A stretch of DNA of 64,000 nucleotides from contig DAIDBH010000017.1 of NCBI GenBank assembly GCA_027310185.1, forward strand, positions 1 to 64,000, in the 5' to 3' direction. This document shows, one piece after another, positions 40,881 through 50,730 of the stretch. Numbering within the stretch: position 1 is the stretch's first letter; every line of letters begins with the position of its first letter. Source of the stretch: Thermoplasmatales archaeon (GTDB lineage: Archaea > Thermoplasmatota > Thermoplasmata > Thermoplasmatales > Thermoplasmataceae). The position numbers and the translations under genes are program-made. Under the pieces are notes generated by a model that did not search any database, was not told where the DNA came from, and saw nothing but the letters and a program-made list of their open reading frames with translations.

Positions 40881-42290
40881 TCAACTCATAAATCCAAATG
40901 CCTTCATTATTGCTCCAACTATTACTGAAGGCTTCTTTGAATATGCACTTATATATCCCATATTTTCTGAAATTATTCCAAGATCGCCGTCAAAGCTTGT
41001 GGATATGAATACGCATATGTTTCTTTCTGAAATCTCATTCAGTAACTTCACCCTTGACCTCAGATGCTCGTTCCTCCCTACAAAGATAATCTGTCTTCCT
41101 GCATCTTTCATGTTCTCTAAGAACTCTATGCCATAATGTAATTTCAGATCCAGGTTCAAACTACCAAGATGGGAAGATACAAGATTTGTAGATTTTGTTA
41201 TTTCAGCCACCTGGCTTTCGTCCTTTGAATCCATCAGAACAAGATCAGTTTCCTTCTCGGGATCAAGCATCTTCACTCTTCTTACAATAGGGGAAACAGT
41301 CTCAACGGACTTCAGGAGATATGGGGATGGCCTGTGTGACATTTTCCTGACCGGTTCCATGAATTCAAGGATTCTCTGTTCCTTCTTTTTCAATAATGCA
41401 TTATCTATCTTCTGAATTTCTTCATAGAATTCCATGGAGCCTACAATATCTGCATTCTCCAGTACATCAACCTCATTTTTAATGGAACCCTTGATAATTT
41501 CTGAAACGTCATACCTTCCCTTTATTGCCTTCATGTCCATGGAATCTGAAATTATGAGGTTCTTATAATTGAAATCCTTTCTGAGCAATTTCTGTACTGC
41601 TGATGACAGAGTGGCTGGATAGTTATCATCCAGGGAATTGTAGAGAACATGAGAAAGCATTATGGAACTGACGCCCGCTTCAGCTGCCTTCCTGAATGGA
41701 TATGCATCGTTTATTATGGATTCTATATTCCTCCTATCTTCAGGTAAATCAACGTGGGAATCAACCATTACAGATCCATGACCGGGGAAGTGCTTTGCTG
41801 TTGCCCGAACACCATAGGACTGAATACCCCTGATGAATTCCACGCCATGCTTTGCAATGAGTTCAAGATCAGATCCAAAGGATCTCTCAAGAATTACTGG
41901 ATTGTATCCATTTAGGGTATCCAGAACAGGAGCCAGGTTCCATCTTATTCCCAGGGAGTTTAGCTGGTATCCGGTGAGTCTTCCAACATAATTTGTGAAT
42001 TTAGGATCATCAAGCTTTCCAAGGAACAGGTTGCTCGGGTTGTAATCAATCCATGGAATCCTTACCACGTTTCCCCCTTCCTGATCCACTGCAATGAAAG
42101 GTGCATCAACATTGTTTTCCACAACGTATATGTGGTTTATCTTCTTTATCAGTTCAGCCAGTTCCTTCTCATCCCTGAAATCATTGCTGAACAGCACTAC
42201 AGATAGGGGCAACATCTTCGAGACATACCTCAGGCTTTCTTCCCTCTCTACACCTCTGAGGCCTGTCTGAATGAATAATCCTGATCTCAT
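40881..42290 (-). CDS. nagZ: GH3 beta-N-acetylglucosaminidase
   Basis: VDQEGGNV, APVLD, ERSFG, KHFPGHG..VDSH NagZ signature, SDSMDM. Confidence 0.92.
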   Translation of the reverse strand: MRSGLFIQTGLRGVEREESLRYVSKMLPLSVVLFSNDFRDEKELAELIKKINHIYVVENNVDAPFIAVDQEGGNVVRIPWIDYNPSNLFLGKLDDPKFTNYVGRLTGYQLNSLGIRWNLAPVLDTLNGYNPVILERSFGSDLELIAKHGVEFIRGIQSYGVRATAKHFPGHGSVMVDSHVDLPEDRRNIESIINDAYPFRKAAEAGVSSIMLSHVLYNSLDDNYPATLSSAVQKLLRKDFNYKNLIISDSMDMKAIKGRYDVSEIIKGSIKNEVDVLENADIVGSMEFYEEIQKIDNALLKKKEQRILEFMEPVRKMSHRPSPYLLKSVETVSPIVRRVKMLDPEKETDLVLMDSKDESQVAEITKSTNLVSSHLGSLNLDLKLHYGIEFLENMKDAGRQIIFVGRNEHLRSRVKLLNEISERNICVFISTSFDGDLGIISENMGYISAYSKKPSVIVGAIMKAFGFMS

Positions 42291-42333
42291 GCATCACCAA
42301 TTGCCCTGATTTATTAAATCTATTCCATTATCA

Positions 42334-43977
42334 CTATTTTGATTGATTATCCATGACCTGAATTTCAACAGATGATGGAAACTGATTTCCATGGAAAACG
42401 TTCTGTTCTGCAATTTTATAATTTCCAGTATCATACTGCTTTCCTGTTAGATTCTGGTTCCTGGCATATTTTGGAAAGGCACTGGATGATATTTCAATCC
42501 TCATTCTGTGATCTTCCCTTATTTCATGTAGCATATACCACATGTCAATGTCTATCCTGATGATTTTTCCAGGTTCATATGGGATTTCCTCAAATGGGCC
42601 ATTTCTATACCTCAATCTTGTTATACCGTCCTGAAGCCTCTGGGCATATCCATCAGGATGCACATCCAGAATCTTCATGGTAAAGTCGGTATCCTCACAA
42701 TCTGAGGATACATATATTCTTCCTGTGATTCTTCCGGCAATTATCAATCCACCTTCCATTTTCCCCGAAGTGTAGACCAGGATATCCTTCCTCTTTTCTA
42801 TTTCGGAATAATCATCCGGCCCCCCAATCTGGGCAAATCCCTCACCAGACAGGTATGGAACTGGATTCATTGGATCATATGAGAACTGATCATTTCTCAT
42901 TCCATACGAAGGTATATCCAAACTCAGGCTCCCATCACCCAGTATGCTTGATGCACTTTTTTCTGATGACAGGTACATATTAACGATTTTACAGTTTTTG
43001 AGTGGCCATTCATTGGATTTTATCCACCTGTTAGGTCCCATGGCAAAAACCCTGACTCTATCCTCATCCCTCACATTCCTCTTTTCAAGGATTGTGTTGA
43101 TCCATTCAGATTCTATTTCAACAAGATCTAGCTTAGAGTCCTTTCCAAAATCAATGTGATCATTCTTTATGTCCCTGTTAACTGCATGTCCCCATGGACC
43201 TATTATGAGACTCTGATTATTCCTTGAAAATTCACTTCTGGAATTTTTTCTCATATTCTCATAATTTATGAATGTGCCTATCTGCTCATCATCGTACCAT
43301 CCTGAAATATGCATTACCGGAAGATCAAGGGAATTCATCTTTCCCTGGTAAAATAGAGGTTTCCAGAATTCACTTTCCGGCCTGTTTATGAAATACTGCC
43401 TCCAGAATGGGATATCAACTCCAATTTTTTCAGGCATGGAAATTAATGGTAAATGTCTGTAGACTTCTTCCCAGTCCACGCTGTTGATATTCTGCATTCC
43501 TCTTCCCCTGAGTGAGAACAGCCATGAGAGGTTCATGGGTGAAGTGTAAACTGATGGATTCTCAACAAAGGGATCTGATGGTGGGACAATACTTATCATT
43601 CCCCTAAGATGTTCAGGTTTCCTCAATGCAGTGAGCCACTGGATCCTTCCTGAATAGGATGCTCCCCATGTGATCACGTTCCCGTTGGACCATGATTTGG
43701 TGGCGAATTCTTCAATGAGCCTGGAACCATCTTCTGCCTCTGAAAAATATGGCGTGAATGTTCCATCTGATTCTCCCCTTCCCCTCACGTCATTTGCAAT
43801 GAATACGAAACCCATTTTGTTGAATTCCATTGCTGTGTTTAGCAACTCGTCTGAGTTCTTTCCGTATGGAGTCCTGAAAAGTATTACCGTGTTCCTTCCC
43901 TTTTCTACTGGTAGGTAGATATCTGAGGACAATTCGATTCCGTCCCGCATTTTAGTTCTTTCATCATAAATAATCAT
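42334..43977 (-). CDS. CocE/NonD-family hydrolase (S15 peptidase-like)
   Basis: MRDGIELSSDIYLP, RTPY, DVRGRGESDG, GASYSG, GWYD, GPWGH, SSSAFP. Confidence 0.92.
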   Translation of the reverse strand: MIIYDERTKMRDGIELSSDIYLPVEKGRNTVILFRTPYGKNSDELLNTAMEFNKMGFVFIANDVRGRGESDGTFTPYFSEAEDGSRLIEEFATKSWSNGNVITWGASYSGRIQWLTALRKPEHLRGMISIVPPSDPFVENPSVYTSPMNLSWLFSLRGRGMQNINSVDWEEVYRHLPLISMPEKIGVDIPFWRQYFINRPESEFWKPLFYQGKMNSLDLPVMHISGWYDDEQIGTFINYENMRKNSRSEFSRNNQSLIIGPWGHAVNRDIKNDHIDFGKDSKLDLVEIESEWINTILEKRNVRDEDRVRVFAMGPNRWIKSNEWPLKNCKIVNMYLSSEKSASSILGDGSLSLDIPSYGMRNDQFSYDPMNPVPYLSGEGFAQIGGPDDYSEIEKRKDILVYTSGKMEGGLIIAGRITGRIYVSSDCEDTDFTMKILDVHPDGYAQRLQDGITRLRYRNGPFEEIPYEPGKIIRIDIDMWYMLHEIREDHRMRIEISSSAFPKYARNQNLTGKQYDTGNYKIAEQNVFHGNQFPSSVEIQVMDNQSK

Positions 43978-44027
43978 ATAATTTTCAGATCATAAATTGA
44001 ACTAAATATATAAAAGAAACATTGTTC

Positions 44028-45239
44028 TTAATACAGCATTATTTCTTTTATCTTTTCCCTGTATCTCCTCAAATCTTCCTGATAATTTTCTATAATATCT
44101 ACAGGATTCGCTCCTGATATGGTCCCATTTCTTATTTCCCGGTTTCCTGCAACAGAATCGAAATAGTGATCATGGAATTCTATCTTATCAGGGTGCAATC
44201 CATATATGGATGATATTAGATGGACCACAAATTCAAATGGCCTGAAAATATTCCTGTTGATCACGTTGATCATAAGTCCATTGCACTTCTCACCGGTGTA
44301 CTTGGAAAAATATGGCTTGAATCTTATCTCATTGAGCATGACTCCTGCAGGATTATGTTTCTCAAGATCGGAGATCAGCTTTCCTGCATCAAGCCATGGA
44401 GCTCCTATAATCTCAAATGGCTTTGTTGTTCCCCTTCCCTCCGATATGTTTGTTCCTTCTAGGAGGACACACCCTGGATACACTGTGGCTGTATTCAAAG
44501 TTGGCATATTTGGGGAAGGCATGGTCCATGGGATTCCCAGCTGATCATACCACATATCTCTTTTCCATTCCTTCATTTTAACTACGTTTAGCCTGACCGT
44601 TTCCTTTGCCATATTACGATTGAAGAATGTTGCAATTTCCCCTACTGTTAAGGAGTGTTTTACTGGTACTGGCATAGCACCGATAAAGGATTGAAGATTA
44701 TCCAGAAGCAATGGTCCATCAGGATTGTTTCCACTCAAAGGATTTGGCCTGTCAAGAACAATAAAATCTATGTCAGTGCCGCCCGTTATTTCCATGGCAT
44801 ATACCATGGTAGCAATATATGTATAAATCCTGCATCCCACGTCCTGAAGATCGAATATCAGGGTGTCAAACTGATCAATGATCTCTCTTGAAATCAATTT
44901 TGAGGAGTCCTTGATTGAATCGGTCTCCCTCATTTCCCTGTCAATATCATTAGAACCTGAACTATTTTTAGAATCAGGTTTCCTGTAAAGACTTTCTACC
45001 TGAACCCCAAGTGCAGAATCATAATATGATTCGACAGTCTCTCCAGACTGGTAATCACCAAAATAACCGTGCTCAGGAGTGAGGAGGGTAAGGCTTTTGT
45101 AACCACCAACTTTCTTCACTATCTCAAGGGATGATTTTCCTTCCCGGTTTCTTGCAGAGTTGTTTGTTATCAGGCCAACTCTCTTGCCTTCGATGAATTT
45201 TTCCCTTATGGAACCTATCTGGTCAATTCCCATCAGCAT
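44028..45239 (-). CDS. namZ: Exo-beta-N-acetylmuramidase NamZ (DUF1343, GH171)
   Basis: GLITN, PEHG, FDLQDVGCRIYTY, LDRPNP, PSPNMP, EGTNISEGRGTTKPFE; start moved to 45239; no signal peptide. Confidence 0.93.
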   Translation of the reverse strand: MLMGIDQIGSIREKFIEGKRVGLITNNSARNREGKSSLEIVKKVGGYKSLTLLTPEHGYFGDYQSGETVESYYDSALGVQVESLYRKPDSKNSSGSNDIDREMRETDSIKDSSKLISREIIDQFDTLIFDLQDVGCRIYTYIATMVYAMEITGGTDIDFIVLDRPNPLSGNNPDGPLLLDNLQSFIGAMPVPVKHSLTVGEIATFFNRNMAKETVRLNVVKMKEWKRDMWYDQLGIPWTMPSPNMPTLNTATVYPGCVLLEGTNISEGRGTTKPFEIIGAPWLDAGKLISDLEKHNPAGVMLNEIRFKPYFSKYTGEKCNGLMINVINRNIFRPFEFVVHLISSIYGLHPDKIEFHDHYFDSVAGNREIRNGTISGANPVDIIENYQEDLRRYREKIKEIMLY

Positions 45240-45298
45240 GGCTGCATATTGGTAGGAAGAATTTAAATTATAATGTTTGTTGTTTCCCTCGCAAACAA

Positions 45299-45988
45299 TC
45301 ACAGGCTTTTTGTGACCCGACCTATCTTTTCAAATATTTCATGAAGACTTTTTGAGTATTTACTTCCATCAAAAAGATTATTCACCGACACGCTTGCAGA
45401 ATTTCCATTGGCATGTATCATGTTCCCATCACCAAGGTAGAGACCCACATGACCCTTGAAAAATACAAGGTCTCCCGGTTTTGCGTTGTCAAAGCTGTCA
45501 ATGGTGGTGGTGAAATCCCTCTGTGCCCCAGAATTCCTTGGAATCTGTATACCTGTGAATTTATAAAGCCGTTGAACAAAACCTGAACAGTCATAACCAA
45601 ATTCAGAGGTTCCTCCCCATAGGTATGGTACACCAATAAACTCCTTGGAAAGATCACAAACAGAGAAATTGTTGTCTGAAAACCTGATAAGCTTATTATC
45701 AGGTATACTGTATTTTTCAGCCTCTTCCTTGCTTACATAGGAACCGAATGGTAGTTTTATTTCTGGGTGGCTGTGGAATCTTCTTAACTTGAATGCTTTC
45801 TCAGTGTGTTCAGTTATTATATTTGTCTTCACGTATCCTTTAACATGATCCTGGGTTTGAATTAAAGAATAGGCGTCTCCCCTTTCCAGGAGGTCAAATC
45901 TTTCTCCAAAAACTACCTGTGTTTCTCTTTCAGATTCAAACATTGCCTTACTTCTTAAATCTCCTACACCTATCCGTACCTGATACAT
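45299..45988 (-). CDS. SH3-like + NlpC/P60 gamma-D-glutamyl endopeptidase (YkfC-like)
   Basis: ETQVVFGE, GVPYLWGG...YDCSGFVQ, PRNS, PGDLVFF.GHVG, MIHA. Confidence 0.92.
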   Translation of the reverse strand: MYQVRIGVGDLRSKAMFESERETQVVFGERFDLLERGDAYSLIQTQDHVKGYVKTNIITEHTEKAFKLRRFHSHPEIKLPFGSYVSKEEAEKYSIPDNKLIRFSDNNFSVCDLSKEFIGVPYLWGGTSEFGYDCSGFVQRLYKFTGIQIPRNSGAQRDFTTTIDSFDNAKPGDLVFFKGHVGLYLGDGNMIHANGNSASVSVNNLFDGSKYSKSLHEIFEKIGRVTKSL

Positions 45989-46206
45989 CGTGCAAGATAT
46001 CCCTTAGGGATATGAAACTTATTATTGCTTACTGATCTCTTTAATACCTGAATTTTGGAATTATATAAAGGTAGATTCGAATCAATAGAGTCACTATGGT
46101 TATCTTTCCTAATTTCAATGTTGGAAAGATAACATCACACCTATGGAATTAAGACTAAGGTATTATATTAAAGAAGCACTTTTAGTAAGGAACCTGTGAG
46201 AAGAAC

Positions 46207-46737
46207 ATGAATGTTGTAAATGTGATAATTTTGCTGGGATGCCGATCATCTGGATGCGCCCCCACTGAAGAGCTTAAGGGTAGGGCAGGAGAAGCAGTGA
46301 ATTTATATAGGTCCCTCAATGGAGAAGCAATTATAATCCCATCAGGCGGAGTCACGGAGAAGGGATGCGGAATATCAGAAGCTGAATTTATGTTAAGAGA
46401 ACTTTTGAAATATGGCATCCCCAGAGAAAAGATAATTATGGAGGAAAAAGCTGGAACCACTATCGGAAACGCATTCTTTTCAAAATTGCTTTTGGAGAGA
46501 AATGGAATCGAGTACGAGAAGATTCATATTATCAGTTCATGCTATCACATGAAGAGATCAGAGTATATTTTCAAAAATATATTTTCTATAGATGATATTG
46601 GAACTGGTTATTGCTTTGGAGAGTCAATGGAAAGAGAAAGTGAAACAGAAAAACTCCGTAGGGACTCCATGATTTTGAAAAATATCAGAGGAAGATCTAC
46701 AGAAGAGGTGGAGAATAATTTCAGGGAATATCTCTGA
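46207..46737 (+). CDS. YdcF/ElyC/SanA (DUF218) family protein
   Basis: IILLG, SGG...SEAEFM, EEKAGTTIGNA, SSCYHMKRS. Confidence 0.9.
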   Translation: MNVVNVIILLGCRSSGCAPTEELKGRAGEAVNLYRSLNGEAIIIPSGGVTEKGCGISEAEFMLRELLKYGIPREKIIMEEKAGTTIGNAFFSKLLLERNGIEYEKIHIISSCYHMKRSEYIFKNIFSIDDIGTGYCFGESMERESETEKLRRDSMILKNIRGRSTEEVENNFREYL

Positions 46738-46776
46738 AGATTGAAAATATTTTTTTAATCGTAAGATATTGTGCCG

Positions 46777-48069
46777 CTACTCATATTTTTTAGCAATTTC
46801 ATGGAATTTTGTGTGCCTAACAAGATCCTCGAAATTATCCCCTTCCCTTATTGTTATAATTTTCCCATCTGTGAACAGTAATTCTCTTGGAAGAAGCCTG
46901 CCATTGTAATTGCTTGCCATTGACATTGTATACGCCCCGCAGTTGAAAACAGCAACCGTATCTCCAGTGTGTGGTTCTGGCAATATAATATCCTTTCCTA
47001 TCCTGTCAGTATTTTCACATATTTGCCCTGTGACATCTGTTTTAAATGTTCTTTCCTCATCCATCCTGTTTGCTATTAGTATATGATGATAAGCACCGTA
47101 AAGAGCGGGCCTCATGAGCAGGTTCATGCCTATATCTGTACCTGTAAAGTTTGACTCCTGAATTTTCACATCTGTAATCTTCCCGATTAACAACCCCATG
47201 TTGGAACTTATATATCTCCCAGGTTCAATCACAAGCCTGGGCAATTGTCGACCTTTTCCAGAGTAAAAAGCCGTAAATATTTCTGCTATGTTTTTTGCAG
47301 TGGCAATGATGTCTAATTCCTCTTCCTCCGGCCTGTATGGTACTCCAAATCCACCTCCAATGTCCACGAATTCAAATTCTATACCCAGCTCTTCCTCAAA
47401 ATTTTTTACAACTTCAAGAATCTTTTGAGATACTAATTTGAAGTGGTCCGCGTTTCTAACATTGGATCCGGCCATAACATGTATTCCAAATCTCCTGCAC
47501 CCCTTCTCCTTTGCTTCCCTGTATCCCTGTAATGCGAATTCCGGAATTTCGCCAAATTTAGCACCCTTGCCTGCCGTCTTGATGCCAGGAAACTCCCCCT
47601 TTCCATAATCGATCTTAATCCTGAAACTCACTATTTCTGGTAAGTGATCACCTGCCAATCTGAACTGAGATAGAGAATCAAAGTTAATGGTTATATTCCT
47701 GTCTATTGCATATCTCATTTCCTCTGGTGTAACATTATTTGGTGTAAATGATATATTATCGGGAGATACGCCACTTACAAGAGCTATTTTAATTTCGTTT
47801 AATGATGATGCATCCATTCCACATCCTTCCCGTGCAAGTAAGGAGATCAGTGAAGGGTTGAAATTTGATTTTATTGCAAAATCTATGGAAATATTTTTGA
47901 AATACCTAAAGAAAGCATCTCTTATTCGTTTATAATTAGAAATAAGAATCTTTTCAGAATAAAGGATGGAAGGTGTTCCATAGTCCCTTGCAACCTTTAA
48001 AACGTCAATTCCATCCCAGAATAAATTTCCATTTCTGTTTTCCGCATAACGTGGCAGGATTTCATCCAT
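46777..48069 (-). CDS. lysA: Diaminopimelate decarboxylase
   Basis: FAIKSN (PLP lysine), KFG, HVMAGS, DIGGGFG, EPGRY, RPALYGAYH, ICENTD, GAY..MASNYN. Confidence 0.93.
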   Translation of the reverse strand: MDEILPRYAENRNGNLFWDGIDVLKVARDYGTPSILYSEKILISNYKRIRDAFFRYFKNISIDFAIKSNFNPSLISLLAREGCGMDASSLNEIKIALVSGVSPDNISFTPNNVTPEEMRYAIDRNITINFDSLSQFRLAGDHLPEIVSFRIKIDYGKGEFPGIKTAGKGAKFGEIPEFALQGYREAKEKGCRRFGIHVMAGSNVRNADHFKLVSQKILEVVKNFEEELGIEFEFVDIGGGFGVPYRPEEEELDIIATAKNIAEIFTAFYSGKGRQLPRLVIEPGRYISSNMGLLIGKITDVKIQESNFTGTDIGMNLLMRPALYGAYHHILIANRMDEERTFKTDVTGQICENTDRIGKDIILPEPHTGDTVAVFNCGAYTMSMASNYNGRLLPRELLFTDGKIITIREGDNFEDLVRHTKFHEIAKKYE

Positions 48070-48242
48070 TTTATGTCATTTTATCTAGGTTATTTAACAT
48101 ATCTAGTGAGTGTCAAATCCCTGCCTTCACTGCCCTGGAAATAAGAGGTTAAAAGTAATAGAAATTTTCTCATGGAATCTAAAATCAATTGCAAGTTTTT
48201 GTGGACAGTTTATGTTTATATTTTGCTGGCCGAACTAAATTT

Positions 48243-49253
48243 CTAAATTCTGGAATGGATCATCTTTTTCATCTTCAGATATCGATATTCCAGGATAGTT
48301 TTAGTTAAAGCGGCTTCGGGAATCACATATTCAAAACCATGGAATATGCCCTCATAAACATGCAGATCCACCCTTCTCTTAGAGTTAAGAATTCTACTGG
48401 CAAATGCAACTGATTCGTCCCTGAAAACCTCATCAAACCCAACTTCTATATAAGTTTCTGGAAAACCTTCCAGATCAGTTGCAAGTGATGGAGAAGCAAG
48501 TTCTGATACCTCTTCCTGTGAACCAAGATAGCCTTTCCATCCAAGTTTGTTATAGTATGTTGACCAGAATGGCCAGTTACCATCATACTGTGTGCTTGAA
48601 AGGCTATTGTTCTTGTAATCAAGCATCGGTGCCATAAGAAAAAGGTTCCTTATTTGGGGGCCATTTTCCCTGATTGAGCGTATAGCGACGGATGCTGCAA
48701 GACCTCCTCCAGCGCTTTCTCCCATTACAGATAATCTTTCAGCATCAATTCCAAGTTTCTCAGCATTGTTGTAACAGTATTGAAATCCAATATAACAGTC
48801 ATCTTGAGGTGTGGGGAATTTAAATTCAGGAGCCAGCCTGTATTCTATGTCCATAATGATGCAGTCCAGTGTCTTTGAAATTAAGGCCATCCTATTTATG
48901 TCCTCATCTATTCCTCCAACGAGTAGACCCCCGCCATGTATATGATATATGCATGGAAGATGATCTCTTGCCCCAGCTGGTGAATAGACCTTTGCCCTGA
49001 TGTGCGTGCCAGGAGATAAATCATCTATATCTTTGATATCAACTGCAGGCACTGCAACTGATTCTGAAGTGTCCTCTGAAGATTTTCTAGAATCCAGTAA
49101 ATATTGCTTGAATTTCTCAACCCTTTCATCCACGTTAGAGATTTTGTCTAAATTTTCAATGTTCTTTCCAACAACCAGAGACCTCCTTTCTGCCTCTCCT
49201 TTAACTTCCTCCACAAGGTCGTATACCTTGGGATGAATTCGGTCTGCTTCCAT
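48243..49253 (-). CDS. HSL-family alpha/beta hydrolase (esterase)
   Basis: HGGG, YRLAPE, GESAGG, D...HGF; start probably 49253. Confidence 0.92.
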   Translation of the reverse strand: MEADRIHPKVYDLVEEVKGEAERRSLVVGKNIENLDKISNVDERVEKFKQYLLDSRKSSEDTSESVAVPAVDIKDIDDLSPGTHIRAKVYSPAGARDHLPCIYHIHGGGLLVGGIDEDINRMALISKTLDCIIMDIEYRLAPEFKFPTPQDDCYIGFQYCYNNAEKLGIDAERLSVMGESAGGGLAASVAIRSIRENGPQIRNLFLMAPMLDYKNNSLSSTQYDGNWPFWSTYYNKLGWKGYLGSQEEVSELASPSLATDLEGFPETYIEVGFDEVFRDESVAFASRILNSKRRVDLHVYEGIFHGFEYVIPEAALTKTILEYRYLKMKKMIHSRI

Positions 49254-49579
49254 TGGAAGTATAATGCTTCCTGAATGAATAATTATTCTCATTAATGCTC
49301 AGTGAGATGCTTTAAACGCGAAATTCAACATCGCATCTCAAATATTCAGACAAATATTAAAGCGCACAAACAATTATTTAGAATAAAATTAAATAGTCTC
49401 ATTTCAGGGGTGGAGGTTATTCTTTTAATCGATGTGAAAAATGGGTGAAGATTAGTATTGATAGTGATAGGAAAAAATCTGTTGAATTTTAGATGTGATT
49501 ATTACAAAGGCGATTATATGGAGGAATTAAGGATATCCTGGGATAAATAATATTATTATGTTAATTCAGATACAATCCA

Positions 49580-50680
49580 ATGCCATTTAATCTTGGAATT
49601 GAAAATCTTGCAAGGAATAACGTGAATGAGAATGCAGCCCTATTAACAAATGCAAGCGGAGTCATTCAGCATTTAGAGCAGAATGTTGATTTCCTGCTGA
49701 AGAAGGGCTTTAAAATAAAGAAGATATTTACAGCAGAGCATGGATTTTATGGAACGCTTAATGATGGGGATGATGTCAAAAATGAGACCTATAACGGAAT
49801 CGGTGTCATATCAATATATTCTGCAGATAGAAAGTCCATAAAACCAGAAGAACTTGAAGATGTGGATACAGTCGTATATGACCTGCAGGATGCCGGAACA
49901 AGACCATATACATTCATCTCTTCCCTTAAAAATCTGTTGATTACCGCCTCAGAGCTTGGAAAGAAAGTTGTTGTGTGTGATCGGCCAAATCCGCTTTCCA
50001 ATGTTATAGAAGGACCTGTTTTGAAAAGAGAATTCGTTTCATTTGTTGGTGCCGATGAATTCCCACTGAGATACGGGATGACCATTGGAGAATTAGCTCA
50101 ATTCATGAATAGAAACATAAGTTCAGATCTAAGTATATCAAAGATGACGGATTATGATCCTTCTAGATATTATGATTATCATTTGAAATATTATGTCCCA
50201 CCGTCACTGAATCTCAATTCGCTGGATTCAATGTTCAATTTTTCCGGGATGGTATTGCTGGAAGCAGCTAAAGTAAGTGTTGGCAGAGGGACTCCCTATC
50301 CATTCCTGCAGTTCGGTATGGAAAATCTACCAGACCTGAAACCAGATGAATTCGAAGGTGTGATTCTGCGGAAGACCTCATTTATCTCATTGCTTGATCC
50401 TCTTAAAGATAAGAAACTCAAAGGGTATTTTATCCATATAAAGGATAGAAAACTTTACAGCAGCATAAGGATGGTTGCTTCCGTCATGAAGAAGATCTAT
50501 GAGATGGACAGGACCCTGATCAATTTCAAAAAGTTGAATCTCAATTACGGTTCTGATGAGATGTCAAAATGGCTGGAGAGAAATGGAACAGTGCTGGAAC
50601 TTTATGAGCAGATGGATTCAGAATGTGCTGGGTTCTTGAATACCAGAAAAGATTACGCACTTTACAAGTCACCTTCTTAA
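49580..50680 (+). CDS. namZ: Second NamZ/DUF1343 paralog
   Basis: LLTN, AEHG, YDLQDAGTRPYTF, DRPNP, RYGMTIGELA, VGRGTPYPF. Confidence 0.88.
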   Translation: MPFNLGIENLARNNVNENAALLTNASGVIQHLEQNVDFLLKKGFKIKKIFTAEHGFYGTLNDGDDVKNETYNGIGVISIYSADRKSIKPEELEDVDTVVYDLQDAGTRPYTFISSLKNLLITASELGKKVVVCDRPNPLSNVIEGPVLKREFVSFVGADEFPLRYGMTIGELAQFMNRNISSDLSISKMTDYDPSRYYDYHLKYYVPPSLNLNSLDSMFNFSGMVLLEAAKVSVGRGTPYPFLQFGMENLPDLKPDEFEGVILRKTSFISLLDPLKDKKLKGYFIHIKDRKLYSSIRMVASVMKKIYEMDRTLINFKKLNLNYGSDEMSKWLERNGTVLELYEQMDSECAGFLNTRKDYALYKSPS

Positions 50681-50730
50681 AGTGTCCAAAATCTCCCTGT
50701 ACCAGGATTGCTTTGACTTTTCGCCTTTTT

